Below, piece after piece: positions 1 through 8,888 of a stretch of 32,000 nt of DNA. The notes beneath the pieces are model-generated. The model was not told the DNA's origin. It worked only from the letters and a program-made list of their open reading frames with translations, and searched no databases. A program made the translations under genes and the position numbers. The DNA is taken from contig NZ_LT934425.1 in the NCBI RefSeq assembly GCF_900232105.1, positions 4,020,001-4,052,000 on the forward strand. The letters run 5' to 3'. The stretch comes from Candidatus Kuenenia stuttgartensis (GTDB lineage: Bacteria > Planctomycetota > Brocadiia > Brocadiales > Brocadiaceae). Position 1 is the stretch's first letter, and every line of letters starts with the position of its first letter.

Positions 1-846
1 CTGTCCAGTTCATCAGCGGAGTATTGTGAAGGATTAAAATCTTTACGGGTAGCCACTGCCGGTTCCTTTACAAAACCGTCCTGAATAGCCTTCGCTAATG
101 AATATTCAAACACGACATTTTTAAACTTAATAGGCCCTCCGCTTCGTTCTATTTGGGGTGTCGCTGTAAGTTCCAATCCTAAAATAGGGTTTAATTCATT
201 AATAACCTGCATGCCTCTGGCTGCCCGGTAGTGATGTGATTCGTCCATCAGCAAAACCAGGCCATCGAGGTTTGAAAGGTAATTGAAATAAGAATCGCCT
301 AAATATTCTGAAAGCCTTTTTACGCGTGGAAGCTTGCCGCCCTTCGTTTCGGCATTTATCTTGGAGATGTTAAAAATGTTGATATGAATATCAGTTATGA
401 ACATTTTTGTCTGGCGAATTTCATTATAATTATCGCCGGTAATAATACGGGGTTGGTTATGAACAAACTCCCCAATGCCCTGAAATACGTATTTTGGGCA
501 ATTCGGATTGGAAAAGTCCTCAATGAGCTTATTATAAATGGTAATATTCGGCGCTAGTACGAAATAGTGCTTTATGCCCTTTGAAAGATATAAATAAGCG
601 ACAAATGCCCCCATTAAGCGCGTCTTTCCAACACCAGTGGCTAAAGCGAAACAGAGAGAAGGGAAGTTTCTTTCAAAGTCAGCACAAGCAGGATAGGCGC
701 TTTTGACTATCTCCAGTGCCGCGAATAAATCGCCATTTTTCTGAAGGGTCAATTTATCCGTCAGCTCTGCCAGTATATTCAGGCTGTCTGCCTGCGGCAA
801 GCGAAGGCTTAAGCGATTCTTGATGGTATTTGCTATGCGATTCATT
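1..846 (-). CDS. res: Type III restriction enzyme Res-like / DEAD-box helicase, N-terminal part (runs off the window)
   Basis: Not in the ORF track because it is open at the window edge. Reverse-strand reading from ATG at 846 gives MNRIANTIKNRLSLRLPQADSLNILAELTDKL...FALATGVGKTRLMGAFIAYL...LMDESHHYRAARG...ELTATPQ, with a Walker A (GVGKT), a DESH box and a motif III-like TAT. Adjacent to a Mod-type methyltransferase. Confidence 0.82.
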
Positions 847-854
847 TTTTGTCC

Positions 855-1169
855 TTAGGCAATGCTATTATCAAAAATATCTTCTTTCAGTAAACGGCTT
901 CCATGCAGTACCGTAACGATCATTACTTTATCTTTTGCTTCATCATACCGGTAAATTATCCGATAATTGCCCATAATCAATTCCCGATACGGCGTATTTG
1001 GAAATTCCGGTAAAAAACGTCCCGCATTGGGGAATAATTGCAATCTTTCTGTGGATTTAAAGATATTTTGGATAGTATATTGTGCGTATAAAAGGGAATC
1101 TCTTGCTATATAGTCATAAATACCTTCTGAATCTGATATGGCTCTTTCAGACCAGATTACTGTTGCCAT
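855..1169 (-). CDS. Type II toxin-antitoxin system RelE/ParE family toxin
   Basis: 104 aa; WSERAISDSEGIYDYIARDSLLYAQ...FPNAGRFLPEFPNTPYRELIMGNYRIIYRYDE resembles the ParE/RelE fold pattern (pattern recognition). Confidence 0.85.
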   Translation of the reverse strand: MATVIWSERAISDSEGIYDYIARDSLLYAQYTIQNIFKSTERLQLFPNAGRFLPEFPNTPYRELIMGNYRIIYRYDEAKDKVMIVTVLHGSRLLKEDIFDNSIA

Positions 1170-1345
1170 TTCTTCGATAACCTTTCTATCGCTTCTTCAT
1201 GGGAAAATGTTCGCCCTTCGGCTATATCTTTTTCACCCATCTCAATTTTTTGAAGCATGTATATACGATACATAACGTCTTCCACCTCTACCTTTTCGGG
1301 TAACTCTTTTATCAGTTCTTCCAATTTTGATTTAATAATCTGCAT
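1157..1345 (-). CDS. Putative cognate antitoxin of the ParE-like toxin
   Basis: 62 aa, overlaps the toxin start by 13 nt; C-terminal EGRTFSHEEAIERLSKKWQ resembles small antitoxins encoded upstream of ParE. Confidence 0.72.
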   Translation of the reverse strand: MQIIKSKLEELIKELPEKVEVEDVMYRIYMLQKIEMGEKDIAEGRTFSHEEAIERLSKKWQQ

Positions 1346-1544
1346 TCTGTAACTCCCCTATTTTTATTTAAAAAAGTAACTATTGACCACTTGCACATCA
1401 CGTCGCTATAGGCTAATCTTGCGATAGTCTGCTCTTATCACCGTAGTGATAGGAACACCTTTGGCTCATAATGTAACCCCTTCAATATGAGATATGATAA
1501 AATTGTCCGGCAGGAATAATTTCAGAGCAACTACCAATGCCGGA

Positions 1545-3326
1545 TTATTTCTCACGTGCTTTTTCCTCTGCAAAGAGAGACCGTTGAACTATTTTTTTCT
1601 TTGTGCGTCCCTTACTTCTTTTCTTTTGAGGCGAAATAGCGGTAGGATTTGTTTCCTGAGATTCAATTTTCTCCTCATCCGCTTCAACTGGTAAATTGAC
1701 AATATTTAAACTATAATCCTCTTTCCCAAACTCGCACCTGCCAAGCAACATCTTGGGAATCTTTTTTATGGTGATATTAGCGTAACGATTTTCGCAAGCT
1801 TCCTGAAAAGATTTACAACAAATCAGAAGGCTTTCGTCCGGTTTCATTTCTTCGTGAATCTTATCCAGAGACTGTACCGTAACAAACTGTGTGGTGATAA
1901 AAATATAATCCTTTTCAGTGGAACGGCCTTGCTTCCAGTAAATATGCTCATCCGGGCAGTGTCTAAAACCTTCATGCTTTGCCATAGCTGCGGCGAGCAT
2001 ATCGGCATTGTAACGTTCGTCAATAATCCAGTTGCCATGTTTATCTTTTTTCAGCAAACTTGGGGCTAAGTAGTAATATTTGAAACCACCGCCGCCCTGC
2101 CAGTTCACAGCTTTTGATATGCCACCTTGATCCGTGCCGTCAACTACCTTTTTCAATCGCGGAAGGCAGTGGGTATGGCAATGCTCGCCAAGTTCAATGC
2201 CTATCCACCTGCGCCACATCTTATGGGCAACAGCAGCGGTTGTGCCTGAGCCGAGGAAGGAGTCCAGAACCCAGTCACCGGGGTTAGTGGCGATGTGAAT
2301 GATTCTTTTTAGGAGTCTTTCAGGTTTTGGTGTTTCAAAAGTGTCCTCAATACCAAAAAGGGCATTACATTCCTTTTTCGCTTCTTGGTTATGACCAACT
2401 TCCGAATTCGGCCACCATGTCCAAGCAGCAATACCTTCACTTTCAGAAAGGTATGTCTTTTTTCTTGGAACAGAATCACCATCTTTTCCGAACCAAATTC
2501 TACCTTCAGACAATAGCGTTTGGTAAACAGACTCAATATTACGCCAACAAGACCCGGGTCTTGGTTTATATTTTTTCCCATAAGGAGTAACAATTTCATA
2601 CATCTGATTAGGTCTAAACCCTTTTGCCATAAAATCGGCTGATATCCATGGCCCCTTGGGGTCGTTATCCGGATTTTTGTACCTGCTGAGTTGGTCTTCA
2701 GTTTGTTCAAGAATATTCAATTTTTGTTTAAATAAAGATATGTTTTTTGAAAAAACGAGTATATGGTCATGCCCTGCGCCAATTGTTGCCCTCATATCTG
2801 GTTGAATTCTCTTTTGCCACACAACATTAGCAACAAAATTGCTCCTGCCAAATATCTCATCACAGAGCACCTTCAAATAATGGCATTCATTATCGTCAAT
2901 TGTTATCCATAGAGTCCCGTCAGGGCGTAACAGCCTATGCAATATCTCAATTCTCGGCTTCATCAGGCTCAGCCATATTGAATGCTCAAGACCGTCATCG
3001 TAATGCTCAAAAGCGCTACCAGTGTTATAGGGCGGGTCAATACAAGCGCACTTTATCTCTTCTGCAAAATCCTGTTCAAGGGCTTTCAGCGCAAGGAGAT
3101 TATCGCCGTGGATGAGCATATTACCCACCCCTGAATCCCCTCCCATGAGGGGACTTTTATACTTCCCTCTCGAGATGAGGTTGGGGGTATTTTTATTCCC
3201 CTCTTGAGAGAAGCGAGGGGTGTGTCCATAAGACTTCTCAGGGTCTTCAATTAATATGCGCGGCTCCAGCTTTGGCTGGTTTTCCTTGCCTATCCAGGTG
3301 AGTTCGAGTTTTTGGTTTTTGGTCAT
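1545..3326 (-). CDS. mod: Site-specific DNA (adenine) methyltransferase, type III Mod-like
   Basis: 593 aa; KLELTWIGKENQPKLEPRILIEDPEKSYG, NMLIHGDNLLALKAL, IDPPYNTGSAFEHYDDG (DPPY motif) and DSFLGSGTTAAVAHKM (FxGxG SAM motif). Confidence 0.93.
   Translation of the reverse strand: MTKNQKLELTWIGKENQPKLEPRILIEDPEKSYGHTPRFSQEGNKNTPNLISRGKYKSPLMGGDSGVGNMLIHGDNLLALKALEQDFAEEIKCACIDPPYNTGSAFEHYDDGLEHSIWLSLMKPRIEILHRLLRPDGTLWITIDDNECHYLKVLCDEIFGRSNFVANVVWQKRIQPDMRATIGAGHDHILVFSKNISLFKQKLNILEQTEDQLSRYKNPDNDPKGPWISADFMAKGFRPNQMYEIVTPYGKKYKPRPGSCWRNIESVYQTLLSEGRIWFGKDGDSVPRKKTYLSESEGIAAWTWWPNSEVGHNQEAKKECNALFGIEDTFETPKPERLLKRIIHIATNPGDWVLDSFLGSGTTAAVAHKMWRRWIGIELGEHCHTHCLPRLKKVVDGTDQGGISKAVNWQGGGGFKYYYLAPSLLKKDKHGNWIIDERYNADMLAAAMAKHEGFRHCPDEHIYWKQGRSTEKDYIFITTQFVTVQSLDKIHEEMKPDESLLICCKSFQEACENRYANITIKKIPKMLLGRCEFGKEDYSLNIVNLPVEADEEKIESQETNPTAISPQKKRSKGRTKKKIVQRSLFAEEKAREK
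3124..3229. repeat. Composite G+C-rich palindromic dispersed repeat inserted in frame in mod
   Basis: Contains cccacccctgaatcccctcccatgaggggactttt (3124-3158) plus two related pieces (tccctctcgagatgaggttgggggt and cccctcttgagagaagcgaggggtgtgtc). The first piece recurs at 5431-5465 with one mismatch. Confidence 0.85.
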
Positions 3327-3436
3327 ACCGAATGCCTTTGCAGTTTCACGCTAAATACTTACTCATTGACAAGCGTGATCTCGGACCCTGTAATTGAGTC
3401 TCTGAATAAATGTACCTGTTCCGTTTATTTCTTTCA

Positions 3437-4768
3437 TTAATCCCAGAGTGAAGACTCTTTAGTATAGTTAGTTAATGAAGAGATGGATTCTTGATGCCCT
3501 TTATTATATTGCGCATTGTATGTATCTATTAAAACTTTGAGACTTAGCATCTCATAGATAACTCTTGCTACATCTGCAAAAGGCACCTCGACATTAAAAT
3601 TACCTTTCTTGATTTTTGCAAAAGGAGTTTCAGTACTTAACTGTTCCGCTTTCGCTCTTAAACAAGTATCCACAATCACCCATCCGTCTTTTTCAAATAT
3701 TTTTAATATTTCAGTAAGATTTATTGTGTAAGTTAAATAAATTCTTCCAATCATTAATGCAGTGATATCTTCTATTGAAAGTGGAAACACTGAGAAAGGG
3801 GCCAAGTTTGCAGAAAAACCACGGCGGTCTAAAGAATTGAAAGAGAAAACAACGTCATTATTTTGTTCCCAACGGTTTTTAACACTTTCATGTCTTGAGT
3901 CAAAATATTCTATGACCTTGTCCATGTCATCTAATTTCTCGAAATCAACGCACTCTAAAATCATATAGTTGCCAATCAATTCGCTAGAACAACACGTTTT
4001 TCTCGCTTTTGCAATAATGTTCTTGGCTATTGCTAAATAATTTTTCAGAGGAACATCACAAGGCAGAATTGTTAGCTTTGTGCCCTCATATTTCGTTATT
4101 CCAGTGTTAAAAAACTCTACTACCTCTTGCAACCTTTCCTTTTGTCTTGTTATCCTTCGTCCCCTTTTCTTTGACGACTTTACTTCTATAAGTTCAATGT
4201 CACCATTATCGTCTATTGTAGTTATATCCCCAGTTCTTAAAAAGTTGCTAATATCATTTATTATCGCCCTCTTTTTTTCATGAAGAATTTCTTTTGAAAA
4301 AACAGATAACTCTGTAATTAATCCCTCGTCAAGGCGAACAGGACCGCTATCCTCTTTGTTTGATAAAGCAGATAAAATCACCCTATTATAGTTTAAACAC
4401 CTCCATGCTATTCCATCAATTATAGTCTTTAATGACTGATTGACTAGAAGGACAGCGCCTATCTGGTTCTGATATGTCCTTATTTGCTTCTCCCTATCTT
4501 CTTTATGTAAACTTGAATCAGCCGCAAGTTTCTCTAACATAATCTTCATGGCATCAATAGCCTTGGTATGTTGCAATAAGTCGCCTAATATGGATAATTG
4601 AAGCTTATAAATAGAGAATTTACTTTTACTCCTTTTTCGGCTTATGAACAAGTAATCCTCAATTATTTCCTTGTAATCTTCTTGTAATGGCATCCATATG
4701 GCATTAATCAGACGGGAATAATCTCGTTTTTTACTACCAGCGGTAACTATTTTTTGTTTAAATTCCAT
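3437..4768 (-). CDS. Uncharacterised protein with candidate PD-(D/E)XK-type nuclease motif, R-M associated
   Basis: 443 aa; FLRTGDITTIDDNGDIELIEVKSSKKRGRRITRQKERLQEVVEFF matches a GD-(X)n-ExK arrangement. Located between the mod and helicase genes on the same strand. Confidence 0.6.
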   Translation of the reverse strand: MEFKQKIVTAGSKKRDYSRLINAIWMPLQEDYKEIIEDYLFISRKRSKSKFSIYKLQLSILGDLLQHTKAIDAMKIMLEKLAADSSLHKEDREKQIRTYQNQIGAVLLVNQSLKTIIDGIAWRCLNYNRVILSALSNKEDSGPVRLDEGLITELSVFSKEILHEKKRAIINDISNFLRTGDITTIDDNGDIELIEVKSSKKRGRRITRQKERLQEVVEFFNTGITKYEGTKLTILPCDVPLKNYLAIAKNIIAKARKTCCSSELIGNYMILECVDFEKLDDMDKVIEYFDSRHESVKNRWEQNNDVVFSFNSLDRRGFSANLAPFSVFPLSIEDITALMIGRIYLTYTINLTEILKIFEKDGWVIVDTCLRAKAEQLSTETPFAKIKKGNFNVEVPFADVARVIYEMLSLKVLIDTYNAQYNKGHQESISSLTNYTKESSLWD

Positions 4769-4776
4769 AATACTTA

Positions 4777-4890
4777 TCAGTTTGTTGATTTATTCTGTAA
4801 ATAGGCTCTGTCTTGCAAATATACATTCATCGCCGCAGCAAGCGATTCTGTCAGTTTGATCTCAGTCTGGCATTTCGGACAAGTAATCAT
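4777..4890 (-). pseudogene. Zinc-ribbon N-terminal remnant (MITCPKCQTEIKLTESLAAAM..., DUF2130-like start)
   Basis: Hand translation gives MITCPKCQTEIKLTESLAAAMNVYLQDRAYLQNKSTN*; the CPKC zinc-knuckle start resembles proteins beginning CPNCGxEIxLTEAL, but is truncated. Confidence 0.4.
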
Positions 4891-5021
4891 TGGCTCTGTT
4901 ATATATATCTCATAGAGAGTGTCGACAAACCGGCTTCCCGACGAGCAACGCAATCCGTAGCTGGTTCTCCTTACCTATCCATGTGAGTTCTAATCATTTG
5001 TTGTTCTGTATTATTGGTATT

Positions 5022-7916
5022 TTAAATAAGTTTCCATCTAACGGTAAACAATTCTGCTTTTTCAATCTTTTGTTTTAAGCGTGCCTCTATCTCATCTATC
5101 AATCTTTCCTTCCTGTTATCTACGTCATCCTGTGTCTGATACAAATTTAAACGCATGGTGTTTCGTTTCTTTTCCATTTCCTTTATCTGCCTGTGTGCCG
5201 TTACCTTCTCTTCAAGATTGAGGATTTTTTTGGCTTCTGTCTTTCGGCATTTTATCTCTTTATCCAATTCTTTCAATTCAATTTCCATGCTGCTTTTCAC
5301 ATCTTCTGCCCATCTGTCTAATTTTTCCATCTCTGTATCGAAGAAACCTGCATTACGTACAGCATTCATTTGCAGGATTTCGGCTTGCTGTTTTTGGGCT
5401 ATTTGATTTATGAGATTTTTAACATGAGAACCCACCCCTGAATCCCCTCCCAAGAGGGGACTTTTTGATGCGGGAAGGGAAAATAGCCTTTTGCATTGCT
5501 CAATATCCAATTCTGTACCTTCATCTGTCACGCTACATAACAAAATTTGATCTTCAGTTTCAAACGAATTAATTGTTAAGTTAATTACAGATAACCAGCC
5601 CGACTTTGCTATAAGGGACTCTAAAATATTTATTTTCTTGATAGAGTCTGAGTAATTAAATGCTAACTCCTGAACTACTAATGATAAAGACTTTGTTTTT
5701 TCGATAATACGCTGAGCCAAAGGATGCCCAACTCTATAAATGTTTACGTCGTCAATATTCTTTCCCAGTTTGTAGGGGCCAGGATGTATCTTTTCGTCAA
5801 CAAAAGGGTTTTCACGTAAAATAAAAGAATGCTCGTCTATAGCGAAATCAGCGTAAGGTTCAAGGTAGTGTTTAGTAATTTCCCATAACCAATATTCATA
5901 CTTGGACAAATATTCTTTACTCTCCTGTAAATTAACGCGTAATTTTTCATGTACCTCCTCATCGAAATTTTCTAACAAATTATTTCTGGCGTCTTTCATA
6001 CGGTCTTCAATCTGTTCTTCCAGTTCCTTTTGTAACTGGTCAAATAAGGACTGTATTTCTCCCGAAGTTCTGCAATGCTGGTAAATCTGTGCAATCCGTT
6101 TTTCAAAATTAACACCTGATTCAATACTACCCAATACTTCATCGCTTGCCCCGAAAATGCCGTCAAAAAGCTTGAATTTTTCTTTCAATAACTGATAAAC
6201 CCTCTGGTCTGCGGCATTACTCTTATTTAGGAAATTTACGACAACCACATCAAACTTTTGCCCATACCGGTGGCATCGCCCGATTCTTTGTTCGATACGT
6301 TGAGGATTCCAGGGTAAGTCATAATTTACTACCAGAGAGCAAAATTGCAGGTTAATACCTTCTGCGGCGGCTTCTGTGGCTATCAGGATGACTGCCTCAT
6401 CTCTGAAATAATCTACTATTGCAGCCCGCTTATCGGCACTTTTTGAGCCTGTGATTCTGTCTGTGCCAAGATGCCTCTCGATCCATTTTTTATAGATTTC
6501 TTTGGATTTCTGATCGTTGTTCGAGCCGTTAAATAAAACTATCCTGTCCTTGTGCTCAGTATTTTCTAAGATGCTATTCAGATATTCTTGTGTTCTTGTA
6601 GATTCGGTAAATATGATGGCTTTTTTATTACCACCCAGACGTTCTATTTCAGCAAAACCTTTTTTCAGGGCGGTCAGGAGAACCTCTCCCTTTGAATTTC
6701 GGGTAATAGACCTGGCAAGATATTGAAATCCCTTCAGGTCGTTGATTTCCTTTTTGATGTTTTTGATTTCCTCTGGAGTGTAAAGTTCTTCCTTTGTTTC
6801 AGTAACGGGTTGATTTTCTTCTTCAGCATCCTCCCATTCATCCTTAATTTCATCATAAGATTCAAAATCCTGAGACACTATCTGCTCAATGTCTTCCTGT
6901 CGCCCCTTGGTAGTTACGATATTTTCAAGTTTTATTGCAAGGGCGTCTAATGTCCCTGAAATAGCAAAGGTTGACGATGCCAATAATTTCCTCAAAATTA
7001 ACGTCATGAGTTGTCTTTGACCTGGCGGAAGTGCAAATAAATTTTCCCTTTGTAAATAGGCTGAAACCAGGTCATAAAGCCTTTGTTCATCAGGAGACGG
7101 GACAAACTCTTGCGTTATTGCCATTCTATTGGTGTATTTTACATATTCTAATACCTGCCTGCGGAGCGTCCTTATACAAATGGGTTTTAGTCTTTCTTTA
7201 AGATTATGGAAATCATTTTCATTCGCTAATCTGGCAAACTGATTTTTATAACTCTTTAAATCACCAAAGGTATAATCATCAATGATACTGACTAAACCAT
7301 AGAGTTCTAACAAAGAATTTTGGAGCGGCGTTGCGGTAAGCAGCATTTTTGGAGCGTGGGCTACGGCATTTTTGACGGCAGTGGCAATTTTATTTGACGG
7401 CTTATAAACGTTTCTTAATCTATGTGCTTCATCGATGACCACTAAGTCCCAAGGGATATTTTTGATATAAACATCTTTAGCCCTTGCAAAATGGTATGAG
7501 CAAATGATTATTTCGTTCTGGTTGAAGGGGTTTAAGTTTCCTTTTTTAATTTCCTGATTAAAAGAAGGCGTTTCCAGTATAAGTGATGAAAGGTAGAATT
7601 TATCCAGTAATTCCTGATTCCATTGCTTACGAAGGTTTGATGGCACTATAACCAGAATTTTCCGTTTTCTTTCAGCCCATTTTTGAGATATAACCAGACC
7701 GGCCTCGATGGTTTTCCCCAGACCTACCTCGTCCGCCAGTATAGCACCCTTTGAAAGCGGGGAATGGAAGGCAAATAAAGCAGCCTCGACCTGATGCGGA
7801 TTTAAGTCTACCTGGGCGTCTAAAAGAGAAGAAGCCAGCTTTTGCAAACTATCTGAAGAACTGCGTTTTGTAAGCTCAAAAGCAAAATATTTTGCGTGGT
7901 AAGGCGTTATTTGCAT
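5022..7916 (-). CDS. SNF2/RapA-like DEAD/DEAH-box helicase
   Basis: 964 aa; ILADEVGLGKTIEAGLV (Walker A), LVVIDEAHRLRN (DEAH), LLTATPLQN, NYDLPWNPQRIEQRIGRCHRYGQ (motif VI). Confidence 0.93.
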   Translation of the reverse strand: MQITPYHAKYFAFELTKRSSSDSLQKLASSLLDAQVDLNPHQVEAALFAFHSPLSKGAILADEVGLGKTIEAGLVISQKWAERKRKILVIVPSNLRKQWNQELLDKFYLSSLILETPSFNQEIKKGNLNPFNQNEIIICSYHFARAKDVYIKNIPWDLVVIDEAHRLRNVYKPSNKIATAVKNAVAHAPKMLLTATPLQNSLLELYGLVSIIDDYTFGDLKSYKNQFARLANENDFHNLKERLKPICIRTLRRQVLEYVKYTNRMAITQEFVPSPDEQRLYDLVSAYLQRENLFALPPGQRQLMTLILRKLLASSTFAISGTLDALAIKLENIVTTKGRQEDIEQIVSQDFESYDEIKDEWEDAEEENQPVTETKEELYTPEEIKNIKKEINDLKGFQYLARSITRNSKGEVLLTALKKGFAEIERLGGNKKAIIFTESTRTQEYLNSILENTEHKDRIVLFNGSNNDQKSKEIYKKWIERHLGTDRITGSKSADKRAAIVDYFRDEAVILIATEAAAEGINLQFCSLVVNYDLPWNPQRIEQRIGRCHRYGQKFDVVVVNFLNKSNAADQRVYQLLKEKFKLFDGIFGASDEVLGSIESGVNFEKRIAQIYQHCRTSGEIQSLFDQLQKELEEQIEDRMKDARNNLLENFDEEVHEKLRVNLQESKEYLSKYEYWLWEITKHYLEPYADFAIDEHSFILRENPFVDEKIHPGPYKLGKNIDDVNIYRVGHPLAQRIIEKTKSLSLVVQELAFNYSDSIKKINILESLIAKSGWLSVINLTINSFETEDQILLCSVTDEGTELDIEQCKRLFSLPASKSPLLGGDSGVGSHVKNLINQIAQKQQAEILQMNAVRNAGFFDTEMEKLDRWAEDVKSSMEIELKELDKEIKCRKTEAKKILNLEEKVTAHRQIKEMEKKRNTMRLNLYQTQDDVDNRKERLIDEIEARLKQKIEKAELFTVRWKLI
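5431..5465. repeat. Second copy of the dispersed repeat, in frame inside the helicase gene
   Basis: cccacccctgaatcccctcccaagaggggactttt, 34/35 identical to 3124-3158; reverse frame encodes KSPLLGGDSGVG. Confidence 0.88.
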
Positions 7917-8185
7917 TAATTATAGCATTCAGGGAATTATTTACTCTTTAAACAAAAGACCCAAATTACCTATTTTCTTTAGGTTTGTGTGTGGAGTATA
8001 AATCATTCAAAAACTTATTTCAATACCCGTTCATAATTCATACTTTCTGAGTGGCTTTGCGTGGGAAAAGAAAAAACTTTCTATTACAACTCGTTTGGGT
8101 TAGTGGATTTTAGGAGTACGGGGGATTGTTTAATTTATACTCAAGATGCTCATAAAATGTGAATTTTAAATTGATGATATGGTGG

Positions 8186-8210
8186 CACGGACAAACCTTG
8201 TTTGTCCGTG
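8186..8210. repeat. Perfect 10-bp stem hairpin (REP-like or terminator stem)
   Basis: CACGGACAAA-ccttg-TTTGTCCGTG. Confidence 0.75.
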
Positions 8211-8323
8211 TTGAACTGGTACGACATTGTCTATAAATCACCAATGGTGAACCTCTTGAGTATCACTATTTCTACAAAAGTACAAAGGAATATACTCTTA
8301 AGTGCCTATGGTAACCCTTTTTG

Positions 8324-8851
8324 TTATGGCGCTGCTAATTCCTCTGCCTTTGGCAGATCCTTAATGTTTTTTAAGCCGAAATGTTCAAGAAATTTCTTTG
8401 TAGTGCCGTATAATAAAGGGTGTCCAAGAGATTCGTCCCTCCCAACTACCTTAACAAGGTCTTTTTCCATTAGTAGTCTTATGATTTGACCTGATTGAAC
8501 GCCGCGGATAGACTCAACATCAGCCCGCAATACAGGCTGTTTGTATGCAATGATTGCAAGTGTTTCCAGTGAGGCCGAAGAAAGTTTTGTTTCAGCCGAT
8601 TTTTTACGCAGTTTCGATATCCATTCGTGATACTCAGGCAGTGTGTAGAGTTGGAAGCCGCCTGCAATCTCTTCAATCTGGAATGCCCTCCCCTGCTGAT
8701 TATATTCTTGTTGCAGTAAAGTAATGGCTTCCTTTATGAGGGCGGCGTCAACATCATCGATAATGTTACATATTTTTTTGCTGGAAAGAGGTTCTTCCGC
8801 AGAAAACAGCAACGCTTCAACAATGGGTTTTATTTCTTCAATGTTTTTCAT
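8324..8851 (-). CDS. scpB: Segregation and condensation protein B
   Basis: 175 aa; VEALLFSAEEPLS...LETLAIIAYKQPVLRADVESIRGVQSGQIIRLLMEKDLVKVVGRDESLGHPLLYGTTKKFLEHFGL is diagnostic of ScpB. Confidence 0.96.
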   Translation of the reverse strand: MKNIEEIKPIVEALLFSAEEPLSSKKICNIIDDVDAALIKEAITLLQQEYNQQGRAFQIEEIAGGFQLYTLPEYHEWISKLRKKSAETKLSSASLETLAIIAYKQPVLRADVESIRGVQSGQIIRLLMEKDLVKVVGRDESLGHPLLYGTTKKFLEHFGLKNIKDLPKAEELAAP

Positions 8852-8888
8852 GGTGGGAAAAATATCGTATCAATTCCTGCTTAATGAC

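Noticed and set aside
1844-2710. ORFs overlapping mod on either strand (1844-2038, 1854-2069, 2309-2710, 2327-2590)
   Set aside because: They are shadow frames of the well-supported mod gene with no recognisable protein pattern.
1-7916. DISARM or BREX assignment for the helicase-methyltransferase locus
   Set aside because: A SNF2 helicase plus an adenine methyltransferase recalls DISARM class 1 (drmD, drmMI), but no DUF1998 helicase (DrmA), DrmB or PLD protein (DrmC), and no PglZ/BrxC, appears in the window. The res gene is cut by the edge, so this remains open only beyond position 1.
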